64,000 nucleotides of DNA from Armatimonadota bacterium. Its GTDB lineage: Bacteria; Armatimonadota; UBA5829; DTLH01. Position numbers and translations under genes: made by a program. Where the stretch lies: assembly GCA_039679675.1 (NCBI GenBank), contig JBDKUN010000028.1, positions 32,001-96,000 of the forward strand, written 5' to 3'. How positions within the stretch are numbered: the stretch's first letter is position 1; each line of letters begins with the position of its first letter. Below are positions 1 to 9,856 of the stretch, one piece after another. Below the pieces are notes generated by a model. The model was not told the DNA's origin. It worked only from the letters and a program-made list of their open reading frames with translations, and did no database searches.

Positions 1-141
1 CGCGCTGAAGTCGGGCACTTTGACGACGTAAAAGCTGCCGGAGGATGGGACGAAGCCAAGCGCGCCGGTAAAGTCGAGCTTTACATGAAGGACTACATCG
101 TCCAGAACGGCGACATTATGTATATCAGGTTCAAAGTGTAA
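1..141 (+). CDS. ychF: Redox-regulated ATPase YchF, C-terminal fragment (5' truncated by window)
   Basis: Frame 1 reads RAEVGHFDDVKAAGGWDEAKRAGKVELYMKDYIVQNGDIMYIRFKV*, matching the YchF C-terminal KdYiVqDGDi..frF pattern. Confidence 0.85.
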   Translation, partial: RAEVGHFDDVKAAGGWDEAKRAGKVELYMKDYIVQNGDIMYIRFKV

Positions 142-158
142 GTAGAACCGGAGAGACA

Positions 159-761
159 ATGACCATTGATGCATTTCAACTTTTGGTAGATGCAATTACC
201 TGTGGGGATAGCTCTGCTGTTCGTGAACTGGTATCCAGCCACCCAGATGTACTCTCTGCTACTGATTCTCATGGTTGGTCTGCACTGCACTATGCAGCAT
301 CAAAAGGTGACTGTAATATCGCTAAGATTATTATTGATAGCAGCTCTGATATCGACATAAAAGACAATTGCGGGGCTACACCTCTGCATTATGCTGTATC
401 TGAAAGAAACGATGTCACGAAGTTGCTCATCGCGGCTGGCGCGAATGTCAATTCTGTCGATAACCAGGGCAGAACTCCGCTGCAATGGGCAGTCATAGAA
501 GCAGACGACAGGCCGAAAATTATCCCGATGCTAATAGAAGCAGGTGTAGACCCTGGGATGCGAGATTCAAACAAATGTACCGCAAATACACCTTACGAAA
601 CATACCGAGACAGCGAGTTGTGGAAGATAGTGGAGAAGGCCTTGGATGACCTCTTGGATAATAGCGACATCACTCTATGCACAACACAAGACTATGTGGT
701 AGGCTATCTGGTAAAATTGATTTCCGATCATTATTCGGCAAGTTCAGGTAATGGTCGATAG
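159..761 (+). CDS. Ankyrin repeat protein
   Basis: Repeats GWSALHYAA, GATPLHYAV, GRTPLQWAV. Confidence 0.9.
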   Translation: MTIDAFQLLVDAITCGDSSAVRELVSSHPDVLSATDSHGWSALHYAASKGDCNIAKIIIDSSSDIDIKDNCGATPLHYAVSERNDVTKLLIAAGANVNSVDNQGRTPLQWAVIEADDRPKIIPMLIEAGVDPGMRDSNKCTANTPYETYRDSELWKIVEKALDDLLDNSDITLCTTQDYVVGYLVKLISDHYSASSGNGR

Positions 762-778
762 GCCACTGGAGCACATCC

Positions 779-1159
779 GTGATTAACCCCTTCAGGATAT
801 TCGAATATATCGTAGGCGTACAAGTGGCTGTTTGCGTGCCGATTGCCATTGCAGCTGGCGTACGCCTGCGGGCAGCCTCAGCAAAGCTCATTTCGTATCT
901 GAAAACTGAGCGGCCTGAGCAGGATAACTGGCAGAAAACTTCCATGCGGACCGACGGAGCAATCTCAAAACTTATACGCTTTTTCAAATACGTGTACAGC
1001 GACGCGGATAATGATGACGATGCTATCCGAGAGCAAAAGTTTCAGGTAAGGCAGGCATCCAGGAAAACATTGGTCTTCATGCTGCAAGTAGTTTGTTCGA
1101 TAATAGCACTACTCATTGCTATGTATGTTTTAGAACCGACGTGGAAGCACCTAAAATAG
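779..1159 (+). CDS. Hypothetical membrane protein
   Basis: 126 aa ORF with N- and C-terminal hydrophobic segments; GGAG upstream. Confidence 0.55.
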   Translation: MINPFRIFEYIVGVQVAVCVPIAIAAGVRLRAASAKLISYLKTERPEQDNWQKTSMRTDGAISKLIRFFKYVYSDADNDDDAIREQKFQVRQASRKTLVFMLQVVCSIIALLIAMYVLEPTWKHLK

Positions 1160-1233
1160 CTTCTCCCCGAATAGAAGGATACTGCGCCTTCGGTGTCTAA
1201 GAGGAGTTCATCTATTCTTCAGGATTTATGTAG

Positions 1234-1857
1234 TTGCAGATAACCGAGAGCCCAAAGGCCGAATCAAGAAATATATCACCAAAGAAGCGTATACGGAAAT
1301 TCCCCTGGCCGCAGTTTTGGATCTTCCTGATCGCCGTTGTTGTTTTAGTCCGGCTTGTCACGTCGCTCAAAGCATCGGGTTTCCTTATCGCCTGCGGGCT
1401 GTGCGGACTCGCGTTTGCCGTCAAAACGGCGCTGCACATGGATCCCGGCCTGAAGTCTTTCCCACAGAAAACCAGAAAAGCTATTATCTGGCTGTGGCTC
1501 GCTATTACGGCATCTCTCTGCATTTCTTTTATATTTTCTGGAGTAAGCTGCGCTTCTGCCGGGCAAATGGGTGCCCGCCTTGCAGGTGTCGAGGCAAAAC
1601 GAACGGTCCTTGCGGCAGTGCTTTTCATCTTCTGGCTCGTCGGTGTTTCTCCAGTCAGACGGGGAGGGATTGTCCATATTCTGCTCTGGACTATAGCGGT
1701 TTTAGAGGCTGCCCGTCTCCTTGCATTCGGACTGCACCCGAGTGTACTGAGCTACATCATCTGGGGCGCAGCTCTGGTCTCCGTGATTTTGCGTAACAGG
1801 CATTTTGAACCGCGGAAACGCGGAATGGATAAAGACGCGGAAGGTGGAAATTTGTAA
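1234..1857 (+). CDS. Hypothetical multi-pass membrane protein
   Basis: About 6 hydrophobic helices; start uncertain. Confidence 0.6.
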   Translation: MQITESPKAESRNISPKKRIRKFPWPQFWIFLIAVVVLVRLVTSLKASGFLIACGLCGLAFAVKTALHMDPGLKSFPQKTRKAIIWLWLAITASLCISFIFSGVSCASAGQMGARLAGVEAKRTVLAAVLFIFWLVGVSPVRRGGIVHILLWTIAVLEAARLLAFGLHPSVLSYIIWGAALVSVILRNRHFEPRKRGMDKDAEGGNL

Positions 1858-2086
1858 CACCTGCCACCAGACCTTCAATTTCCACGAATCCCTTCCTTTG
1901 CTTCGGACTATTTGCTCTCGCATCATCTAGATAATCTGCTTCGGACTGCTTGCTGCCGAAGTGTCCGCCGCAGGCGGACTTCACCCTATGCTTCTATGCG
2001 TCGGGATTCTTTTCTTCCCGAAGCACGACTCTCCACCAATCCCTTTTTCGCACATTTCGCGATTCAAAATCCCATGTGAATTCTTA

Positions 2087-2115
2087 TTGCGCAAGCCTCG
2101 CAATGGGTATAGAAT
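2087..2115 (+). promoter_or_regulatory. Putative sigma70 promoter of putA
   Basis: TTGCGC-N17-TAGAAT. Confidence 0.45.
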
Positions 2116-2184
2116 ACTTCCGATTAAAACAGGCAGCCGGGATTCCGGCGAGCTGAAATACCGGCATAATTGGAGGAACCACCA

Positions 2185-5148
2185 TTGGCTACCACACAAA
2201 TTAATGTGGAAGACAGGACTCGCGCAATCGGCCGTCAGATTTTCACCAGTGTTTCAAACCAAAAGCGAGGTTTCTTCCACGGAGATCTCGATGAAAAAAT
2301 GATGGACTGGACGATGAAGGACGAAAAGCTCAAGGTCCAGTTATTCAGATTCGTCGATGTGCTCCCCATGCTCAAGACCTCTGATGACATCATGAGGCAT
2401 CTACAGGAATACCTCAAGAACTTCCCTGCTATCGGGCAGTGGGGCATCAACCTCGCCGCATCGAGCGGGCTTGTCGGCGGGCTCGTCGCGGGACAGGTCA
2501 AGAAACAGATCGAAGGAATGGGAAAGAAGTTCATCGCGGGCTCAAACATCAAAGAGGCTTCGGAAGTAGTCGAAAAACTCCGCAAACAGAACATGGCCTT
2601 CACCATGGACATCCTCGGCGAAGTCACCGTAAGCGAAGGCGAAGGCGAATCCTACCAGAAGCAATATCTGGAGCTTATCCGGGGGCTCTCTGAACAGGCC
2701 AGGCATTGGAAGGACATCCCGCTCATCGATACGGCTGACGAAAAGCCTATCCCCAAGGTCAATGTTTCAATCAAGCTTTCAGCTCTTTACTCCCAGTTCG
2801 ACCCAGCAGACCCCGAAGGGACAGTGGCAGCCGTCAAAGAGCGGCTCCGGCCGGTCCTCTCTCTTGCGAAGGAGCTCGGCGCATATGTCCATGTCGATAT
2901 GGAGCACTATGCGATCAAAGACACGACCCTCAAAATCTTCCGCGAGATCATCATGGAGCCGGAGTACCGCGACTGGGAAGACATCGGGATCGTTCACCAG
3001 GCCTATCTGAGAGATACGGAAAAAGATGTCCGGGACATGATCGAGCTCGTCAAGGAGCGCGGCACTCCTATCACCGTCCGGCTCGTAAAAGGCGCCTATT
3101 GGGACTTCGAGACGGTCATCGCCCGCCAGAGACGCTGGCCGATCCCTGTCTGGACGGAAAAATGGGAGACGGATGCCTGCTTCGAGAGATGCGCGGACAT
3201 GCTCCTTGCGGCCTACCCGTATGTTCGGCTTGCAGCTGCGTCGCACAACATCAGGAGCATCGGGCATGTCATCGCCCAGTCGGAATCGCTCGGAATGGCA
3301 GGAGATGCAGTCGAATTCCAGATGCTCTACGGGATGGGCGACCCGCTAAAGCAGGCAGTGATCGAACAGGGCAGGCGGCTCAGGATTTACACAGCTTACG
3401 GCGATTTTATCCCCGGCATGGGCTACTTCGTCCGAAGGCTTCTTGAGAATACGGCGAACGATTCGTTCCTCAGGCAGGGTTTTGTCGAGGGAGTCGATCC
3501 CGAAGAGCTTTTGAGAGACCCGGCAGGGTACGGCAAGACCGCCAAGCCTGTCCACACATTCGAGCAGGACAAGCTGGGGTTCCCGAACCTGCCGGAGCGG
3601 GATTTCTCTAAGGCAGAGTACCGGGAGATGATGAAAAAGTCTCTCGATAAGGTCAAGGGGCAGTTGGGCAAGCTCTATCCGCTAGTCATAGGCGGGAAAG
3701 AGGTCACGACTGAAAGAGAGATCAAGTCGATCAACCCTTCGAGGCCGTCCGAAATAGTGGGCCGTACATCATCCGCAAGCCAGAAGGAAGCTCAGCTGGC
3801 AATCGACGCCGCAAAGAAGGCGCTCCCGGCATGGCGCGATACTCCCGCTGAGGAGCGGGCCGAGATACTTGCCAGGGCAGCCGGTCTGATGGAAGCGGAG
3901 AGGGACGACCTTTCCGCATGGCAGGTCTACGAAGTCGGCAAGAGCTGGAGAGAGGCCGATGCTGATGTCTGCGAGGCAATCGACTACCTCCGCTATTACG
4001 GCATGGAAATGGTCAGGCTCGCAAAACCGCGCCGCATGGGCATGGTCCCCGGTGAGACGAACGATTATTTCTATCAGCCTAAGGGTATAGCGGTCATCAT
4101 TTCACCGTGGAACTTCCCTATGGCTATCTGCGCTGGCATGACGACCGCAGCAATAGCCACCGGCAACACCGTAGTAATGAAACCGGCGTCCCAATCGCCG
4201 GTAGTCGCTGCGAAATTCGCAGAATATCTGCAAAAAGCGGGGCTTCCGGCTGGAGTGCTGAACTTTATCCCCGGCCCGGGAAGCGAAATCGGCGATTTTC
4301 TCGTCCAGAGCCCGGACATTCATATGATCGCATTCACCGGATCGAAAGAAATCGGCTGCCGGATCAATAAACTTGCGGCGGACATAACTCCCCGCCAGAA
4401 TCACCTGAAAAAAGTCATCGCAGAGATGGGCGGAAAGAATGCAATCATCGTCGACAGCGACGCAGACCTCGATGAAGCAGTACTCGGAGTCGTCCACTCC
4501 GCATTCGGCTACCAGGGGCAGAAGTGCTCCGCCTGTTCAAGGGTAATAGTGCTCGAATCTTGCTACGACCAGTTCCTTTCAAGGCTGATCGAGTCGGCAA
4601 GGAGCCTCCACATAGGTTTCCCGGAGGAGCCGGGGAACTACATGGGCCCAGTCATCGACTCAGGTGCCTATAAGAGCATAAAAAACTATATCGAGACCGG
4701 CAAAAAGGAAGCGAAACTCTTCCTGGAGAAGGATGTATCCCGTCTGGGCGACGGGTTCTTCATCAGCCCAACGATATTCGCCGATGTGAAGCCCAATGCA
4801 GTCATAGCGCAGGAAGAGATCTTCGGCCCGGTGCTTGCGGTAATGAAGGCGAAAGACTTGGATGAAGCGCTGGAAATCGCGCTTGGGACAGACTACGCGC
4901 TGACCGGTGGAATCTATTCGAGGAGCCCGGCGAACATCGCGCGCGCCGTCAAAGAGTTCAGAATAGGCAACCTCTACATCAACCGGAAGAATACCGGAGC
5001 GATTGTAGGGAGGCAGCCGTTCGGGGGGTTCAAGATGTCGGGAATCGGCTCCAAGGCCGGCGGCCCGGACTATCTAATCCAGTTCATGGACCCGAGGACC
5101 GTCACGGAAAACACTATAAGAAGAGGCTTCGCTCCAGAAGAGGAATAG
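2185..5148 (+). CDS. putA: Bifunctional proline dehydrogenase / P5C dehydrogenase
   Basis: PRODH motifs (LFRFVDVLP, RLVKGAYW, EFQMLYGM, RRLLENTAN) and ALDH motifs (ISPWNFP, AEMGGKN, GQKCSACSR, EEIFGPV); TTG at 2185 follows GGAGGA. Confidence 0.96.
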   Translation: MATTQINVEDRTRAIGRQIFTSVSNQKRGFFHGDLDEKMMDWTMKDEKLKVQLFRFVDVLPMLKTSDDIMRHLQEYLKNFPAIGQWGINLAASSGLVGGLVAGQVKKQIEGMGKKFIAGSNIKEASEVVEKLRKQNMAFTMDILGEVTVSEGEGESYQKQYLELIRGLSEQARHWKDIPLIDTADEKPIPKVNVSIKLSALYSQFDPADPEGTVAAVKERLRPVLSLAKELGAYVHVDMEHYAIKDTTLKIFREIIMEPEYRDWEDIGIVHQAYLRDTEKDVRDMIELVKERGTPITVRLVKGAYWDFETVIARQRRWPIPVWTEKWETDACFERCADMLLAAYPYVRLAAASHNIRSIGHVIAQSESLGMAGDAVEFQMLYGMGDPLKQAVIEQGRRLRIYTAYGDFIPGMGYFVRRLLENTANDSFLRQGFVEGVDPEELLRDPAGYGKTAKPVHTFEQDKLGFPNLPERDFSKAEYREMMKKSLDKVKGQLGKLYPLVIGGKEVTTEREIKSINPSRPSEIVGRTSSASQKEAQLAIDAAKKALPAWRDTPAEERAEILARAAGLMEAERDDLSAWQVYEVGKSWREADADVCEAIDYLRYYGMEMVRLAKPRRMGMVPGETNDYFYQPKGIAVIISPWNFPMAICAGMTTAAIATGNTVVMKPASQSPVVAAKFAEYLQKAGLPAGVLNFIPGPGSEIGDFLVQSPDIHMIAFTGSKEIGCRINKLAADITPRQNHLKKVIAEMGGKNAIIVDSDADLDEAVLGVVHSAFGYQGQKCSACSRVIVLESCYDQFLSRLIESARSLHIGFPEEPGNYMGPVIDSGAYKSIKNYIETGKKEAKLFLEKDVSRLGDGFFISPTIFADVKPNAVIAQEEIFGPVLAVMKAKDLDEALEIALGTDYALTGGIYSRSPANIARAVKEFRIGNLYINRKNTGAIVGRQPFGGFKMSGIGSKAGGPDYLIQFMDPRTVTENTIRRGFAPEEE

Positions 5149-5265
5149 CAACCGCTTAGGGAAGGGAGGGCAAAGCTCCCCGCGAGCCCTCCCAATAATC
5201 CTCCGTGTTTAGAACCATTTCAAACTGTGGTAACGAAAATGGAGATAATCACGGAGGTGACAGCT

Positions 5266-5715
5266 ATGCAAGTTCAGGACATAATGACATCCAACCCAGT
5301 TTGTGCGGAACCCTCGACATCGCTTCAGGAAGTCGCCCAGATGATGGTCGACAACGACTGCGGGGGTATTCCGGTCTGCAAGTCTGGGACCAACATGCTT
5401 GTCGGGCTCCTTACAGACCGGGATATCGTCTGCCGAATCCTTGCCAAGGGGTTGAACCCTCTCGACTATACGGCGCAGGACGCGATGACTACAGATCTTC
5501 ACACCATCCTGCCTACTGCAAGCCTAGATGACTGTGTTCAGCTCATGGAGCGCTTCAAGGTCCGGAGGGTCCCTGTCACGGATGAAGAGGGGTATATAAT
5601 CGGAATCGTCGCTCAGGCAGACTTTGCCCGCTTTGCACTCCAGGAACAGCCCGATCTGGCTGGGGATTTCGAAGATGCGCTAGAAGAGATCTCCCAGCCC
5701 AAGATGTCGATGTAG
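5266..5715 (+). CDS. CBS-domain pair protein
   Basis: MQVQDIMT, GLLTDRDIV, VRRVPV, GIVAQAD; GGAGGT SD before ATG 5266. Confidence 0.9.
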   Translation: MQVQDIMTSNPVCAEPSTSLQEVAQMMVDNDCGGIPVCKSGTNMLVGLLTDRDIVCRILAKGLNPLDYTAQDAMTTDLHTILPTASLDDCVQLMERFKVRRVPVTDEEGYIIGIVAQADFARFALQEQPDLAGDFEDALEEISQPKMSM

Positions 5716-5782
5716 GAAGAAAACCAGGATTTGGGAACAAAGAGGAAAGCGATCTCGCAGCATAAGAAGGAAATTCCAGGAT

Positions 5783-5812
5783 AGGGCGGGGGTTCCAAGC
5801 CCCGCCCTTTAT
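5783..5812. terminator. Hairpin between convergent genes, probable terminator
   Basis: AGGGCGGGG-loop-CCCCGCCCT followed by T-rich tail. Confidence 0.6.
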
Positions 5813-5842
5813 TAGGATTGTTACATCATCACCCGAAACTCT

Positions 5843-6844
5843 TTAGTGCCTGAACCCGAATACGTAAATCGGATATGCCGCATATAGCAGGCCGCCTATG
5901 AGAAGCGAGTACGGGCTCAACCGCTTTCTGAGATTCATACCGGCCCAGATGATGCTCGTAGCTGCGACTGCTATGATTATGCTGGCTATCGCCTCAGGGT
6001 TGAGCATCCAGCTCGTGAAGAATATCCCTATAGCCGGTGTAATGCTGGATTGAAAGACCATCGCCCCGCTGATGTTTCCGAGCGCCAGAGTATCTTTTTT
6101 CTGCCTGATCCAGATGATGGAATTAAGCTTTTCGGGAAGCTCAGTCGCAATTGGCGTGATTATTACACTCAGGACGAGAGGTGAAAGCTTGATTACTCCG
6201 GCGATATAGGTCACATTGTTGAGGAACAGCTTTGCTCCGCCTACCATAAACCCCAGTGCGACAAGAAGCTGGAAGATAATCATTCTCAGCCGCGGCACAG
6301 GTGCTTTTCTCTGCAGGTGAAGCGGACCAAGCTCGTGTTCATGTGTTTTCTTGGACGAACTGGTAAAAGTCCTTCTAACGTAATATGCGTAAGTGACAAG
6401 CAGAAAGACTCCGATGCAGATTCTGCCCCACCTTACCGGGATAAATGCTGCAGAAAGAGCTATCAGATAAACTACAAAGAACGTTCGGAGGTCCCGGCCG
6501 AGTATTTTGTAGTTGACATGCACTTCCCGGCTCCGCCTGCCGGATGCGGAGAAACCGAGCACAGCTATTCCGGTGATGAACATAGCGAGCGTCGAAAGCA
6601 TCATCGGTGCGCCGAGGATCGCGCCTATGCCGACATCCGTATGCGCCTGTCCTCCGGCAATTACCGCAACAATCGCAATCGTAGTCTCTGGAAGCGCCGT
6701 TCCGACTGCGGCGAGGATGCTTCCGACAGCACCTTCACCAAGTCTTAATCTGTGACCAAACCACTCGATGCCATTTGTAAACAGTTCTGCAGCTAAAAGT
6801 ATCGCTGCGAGGCTTACTACTAAAAGAGAAATTGCTAGTGTCAT
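5843..6844 (-). CDS. Sodium:calcium antiporter (CaCA family)
   Basis: Alpha repeats GTALPE and ATELPE, GNISG; about 10 TM helices. Confidence 0.9.
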   Translation of the reverse strand: MTLAISLLVVSLAAILLAAELFTNGIEWFGHRLRLGEGAVGSILAAVGTALPETTIAIVAVIAGGQAHTDVGIGAILGAPMMLSTLAMFITGIAVLGFSASGRRSREVHVNYKILGRDLRTFFVVYLIALSAAFIPVRWGRICIGVFLLVTYAYYVRRTFTSSSKKTHEHELGPLHLQRKAPVPRLRMIIFQLLVALGFMVGGAKLFLNNVTYIAGVIKLSPLVLSVIITPIATELPEKLNSIIWIRQKKDTLALGNISGAMVFQSSITPAIGIFFTSWMLNPEAIASIIIAVAATSIIWAGMNLRKRLSPYSLLIGGLLYAAYPIYVFGFRH

Positions 6845-6928
6845 TACTTAGAAGAACCTGAGTTTGTGATATCCTTTCTATTGTCAAAATGTATTATTCG
6901 CTTTACGAACAAAGTGGGCCGGCTGTTT

Positions 6929-8617
6929 CTAGAGCCTTGCCGCGTGCTTCCCGGCTATCTTCCACTCGCCTGATGGCTGTTTCTGCAGGATTATTACATC
7001 CGCAACCCTTCTTCTATCCGGGAAAACGAATACAACCCGAACTTCGGCTCTCCGGCCCCTGTCAAAAATCTTCTGATGCGATGGAGGAATATAGTAAGCT
7101 TTCTCTTTCTTTGACCATCGGGAATATATATCCGCAGCCATCTCGGAAGCAGTTTCATTCCGGCCAGTCTTTTCAAACGACGGCAGTGTATACTTCTCCG
7201 CTTTTTCAGCATCCCCACGTACGGCAGACTGAACCCAGAGCCATGCCACTCTGTCCGGCGCTACTGGCTTGGTATATCTGAAAACCACCCAGCCGCAGAT
7301 GACAACCGCACCTATAATCGCAGCGATTACTATAAATCTTCGCTCTTTGTCTTTGATCCTGCGCCCCATGGCTGATTCCGTCCTCGACCGGGAGATCCAG
7401 GTGAAGACCATCACCGTTCCGATGGAAAGGAACAGCGCGCACAGGTAGAACGGAAGGTTCTTGTTCATTACACCGAGTCTCGGCAGAGACATCCAATCTG
7501 TCGAATAGATGAACGAACCGAGCGCCGTACCTACCATAGCTCCTATTCCCTGGGCCATTCCGACCGCGCCCATTACCTGCCCGGCTTTGTCTCTAGGGGC
7601 TGCAAGGGATATTACGGCCATCCATGCCGGAAATGCCACCGCAAACCCTACACCAAGGACTGCTCCGGACCCGGCAGCCGCCAGTGTGTTCCTCACGATG
7701 GCAATAAACCATATAGAAAGGCAGCAGGTCAGCATACCATACCCGACGGAAACCATCTTTCCCCATTTATCGGCAAGTTTTCCGAACGGAACTGCCATCA
7801 CACCGAGCGCAGCGGCAACCGGCATGAGCAGCATCCCGAACTTCGTTTCACTCATGCCGAACTGCTCCATCGCATAGAGCTTGATAACCGGCATCAACAA
7901 CCCTATAGCAAAAAAGACTACTATGCTCATCACCAGCATATCCGGCACTGAGCGGAACAGGTTCTTTACCTCGTCGGAAATCGTCATGTGCGGTGGCGCT
8001 TCTTCATGCGGGATATGGTCGTGCTTGTGGATGCCTCTGGGTAAGGCAAAAAGCCCAACGAGAACGGTAATCGCAAAAATGATGCTTACCAGAACAAACG
8101 ATCCCCAGTGCGATTTCGTAAGATCGTTGGCGAGGCCTCCCAGCGGGAATGCGAGAGCCATACCCGCCATACTGGCGCTGTTCAAGACGGACATGGCCAT
8201 GCTGCGGCTTTTCTCATCGACTGCATCACCTATCGCGGCAAACGACGCAGGCCAGAACGCAGCCAAGCCGACACCATCTATCCCTCTGAGGAGTACCATA
8301 ACATAAGGATTGGCCGTATATATCGTCGCAATCGACGTGAATATCCCCAATGCCGGACCCGCCAGTATAAGGGGTTTGCGGCCAATCCTGTCACTCAATG
8401 CACCGAGAGAAGGCCTGAATATAGCCTCAGTCAGCATAAACGCGCCCAGGATCAGACCCAGGTGTTGCCCCAGGTGCAGATCAAAGGTCACCCACACAGG
8501 CAGCGCTGAGAAATTCACCGTCGTCCAGCCCATTTGGGCGAATATCCCGACTATTCCCAGCCCGATTATGATGCGCGTGGACGCGCTTCTTTTCAGTCTC
8601 TCTTTATCTTTAACCAA
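6929..8617 (-). CDS. MFS transporter with extra C-terminal TM and soluble domain
   Basis: MFS motif GALSDRIGRK and GKLADKWGK; about 110 aa C-terminal extension. Confidence 0.85.
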   Translation of the reverse strand: MVKDKERLKRSASTRIIIGLGIVGIFAQMGWTTVNFSALPVWVTFDLHLGQHLGLILGAFMLTEAIFRPSLGALSDRIGRKPLILAGPALGIFTSIATIYTANPYVMVLLRGIDGVGLAAFWPASFAAIGDAVDEKSRSMAMSVLNSASMAGMALAFPLGGLANDLTKSHWGSFVLVSIIFAITVLVGLFALPRGIHKHDHIPHEEAPPHMTISDEVKNLFRSVPDMLVMSIVVFFAIGLLMPVIKLYAMEQFGMSETKFGMLLMPVAAALGVMAVPFGKLADKWGKMVSVGYGMLTCCLSIWFIAIVRNTLAAAGSGAVLGVGFAVAFPAWMAVISLAAPRDKAGQVMGAVGMAQGIGAMVGTALGSFIYSTDWMSLPRLGVMNKNLPFYLCALFLSIGTVMVFTWISRSRTESAMGRRIKDKERRFIVIAAIIGAVVICGWVVFRYTKPVAPDRVAWLWVQSAVRGDAEKAEKYTLPSFEKTGRNETASEMAADIYSRWSKKEKAYYIPPSHQKIFDRGRRAEVRVVFVFPDRRRVADVIILQKQPSGEWKIAGKHAARL

Positions 8618-8708
8618 GAGCCTGTTAGTTTCTCCGGTAAAGCCCTTATTCGCTGAAGCGAATAGGTGCTTTTTCTGGATTTTTATCCGTAAACGGATAA
8701 AACCCTAC

Positions 8709-9749
8709 TTAGTCTATGGTTACTTCCTTGCCGGCTTCTGAGGACCTGTAAATACCGTCCAGGATCTTCATGACCATTAGCGCCTGCTCGCCTGTTACCG
8801 GCGGTTCGGTGTCGTTGTGGATGGAGTCGAGGAATGCCCTGATCTCGCCCTCGTACATATCGACTTTAGGCGTGTAGCCCGGCGCGATGTCAACCAAGGT
8901 CCCGTGTTCCTCCCGGAAGATCTTCAAAGGATCGGACTGGCAGCCGCCTTCCGTTCCCATAATAGCGAAAGACATTCTGTCTTTTTCGATATTTGCTGCA
9001 AAGCTGGACTCGATTGAGAGCGTAGCGCCGTTATCGAACCGGATGAACCCTGCCGCGAAGTCTTCGACGGTAAATTTCTTGTAGTCCCACTGTCCCATCA
9101 TTCCTAGGACATCCGGTCTATTTCCAAACTTGGCATAGGTTATTCCCGATGCGGCAACCGGCTTGGGATGCCCCATCAGCCAAAGGGTAGCATCCAGGAT
9201 GTGGACGCCTATGTCGATCAAGGGACCGCCGCCCTGCTTTTCTTTATCGATGAATACTCCCCAGCCGGGGATGCCTCTTCTGCGGATGGCCTGGACTCTC
9301 GCAAAATACATATCGCCCATCGCGCCGTCATCTATGTACCTTTTCAGCATCATGTTATCGGCGCTGAAGCGGTAGCACTGCGCCACCATGAATTTCTTGC
9401 CTGACGCTTTTGCGGCATCCACCATCTCCTGGCCCTCTTGAGGGTTCCGGGCTATCGGTTTCTCCACAATGACGTGCTTTCCGGCTTTTAGAGCAGCAAC
9501 CGCCGGGTCTTTGTGGGCAAAGTTCGGCGTGCAGATGTCTACTGCGTCGATCTCGTCCATCTCAAGCATCTTGTTATAGTCGGTGAAGATGCGGTCTATA
9601 CCCCTCTTTTCCTTGACTGCTTTGCAGCAGTCCTCGTTCACATCACAAATGGCCACTATCTCCGCATCCGGCTGCTTAAGAATCCACGGAATATGCACGT
9701 TACTCGATATACCGCCGCAGCCGATCATCCCGATTCGAATCTTTTTCAT
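8709..9749 (-). CDS. Gfo/Idh/MocA family oxidoreductase
   Basis: IGMIGCGGI, HVIVEKP, GGGPLIDIGVH. Confidence 0.92.
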   Translation of the reverse strand: MKKIRIGMIGCGGISSNVHIPWILKQPDAEIVAICDVNEDCCKAVKEKRGIDRIFTDYNKMLEMDEIDAVDICTPNFAHKDPAVAALKAGKHVIVEKPIARNPQEGQEMVDAAKASGKKFMVAQCYRFSADNMMLKRYIDDGAMGDMYFARVQAIRRRGIPGWGVFIDKEKQGGGPLIDIGVHILDATLWLMGHPKPVAASGITYAKFGNRPDVLGMMGQWDYKKFTVEDFAAGFIRFDNGATLSIESSFAANIEKDRMSFAIMGTEGGCQSDPLKIFREEHGTLVDIAPGYTPKVDMYEGEIRAFLDSIHNDTEPPVTGEQALMVMKILDGIYRSSEAGKEVTID

Positions 9750-9856
9750 CAGATGAACCTCCAAATCCCCTGTTCAACGATTATTTTTGTGTTTTAATGG
9801 TTCCAAAATGCATTACAAGTATAGCAGATATATGCTGAGCTTTCACAACAAACACG

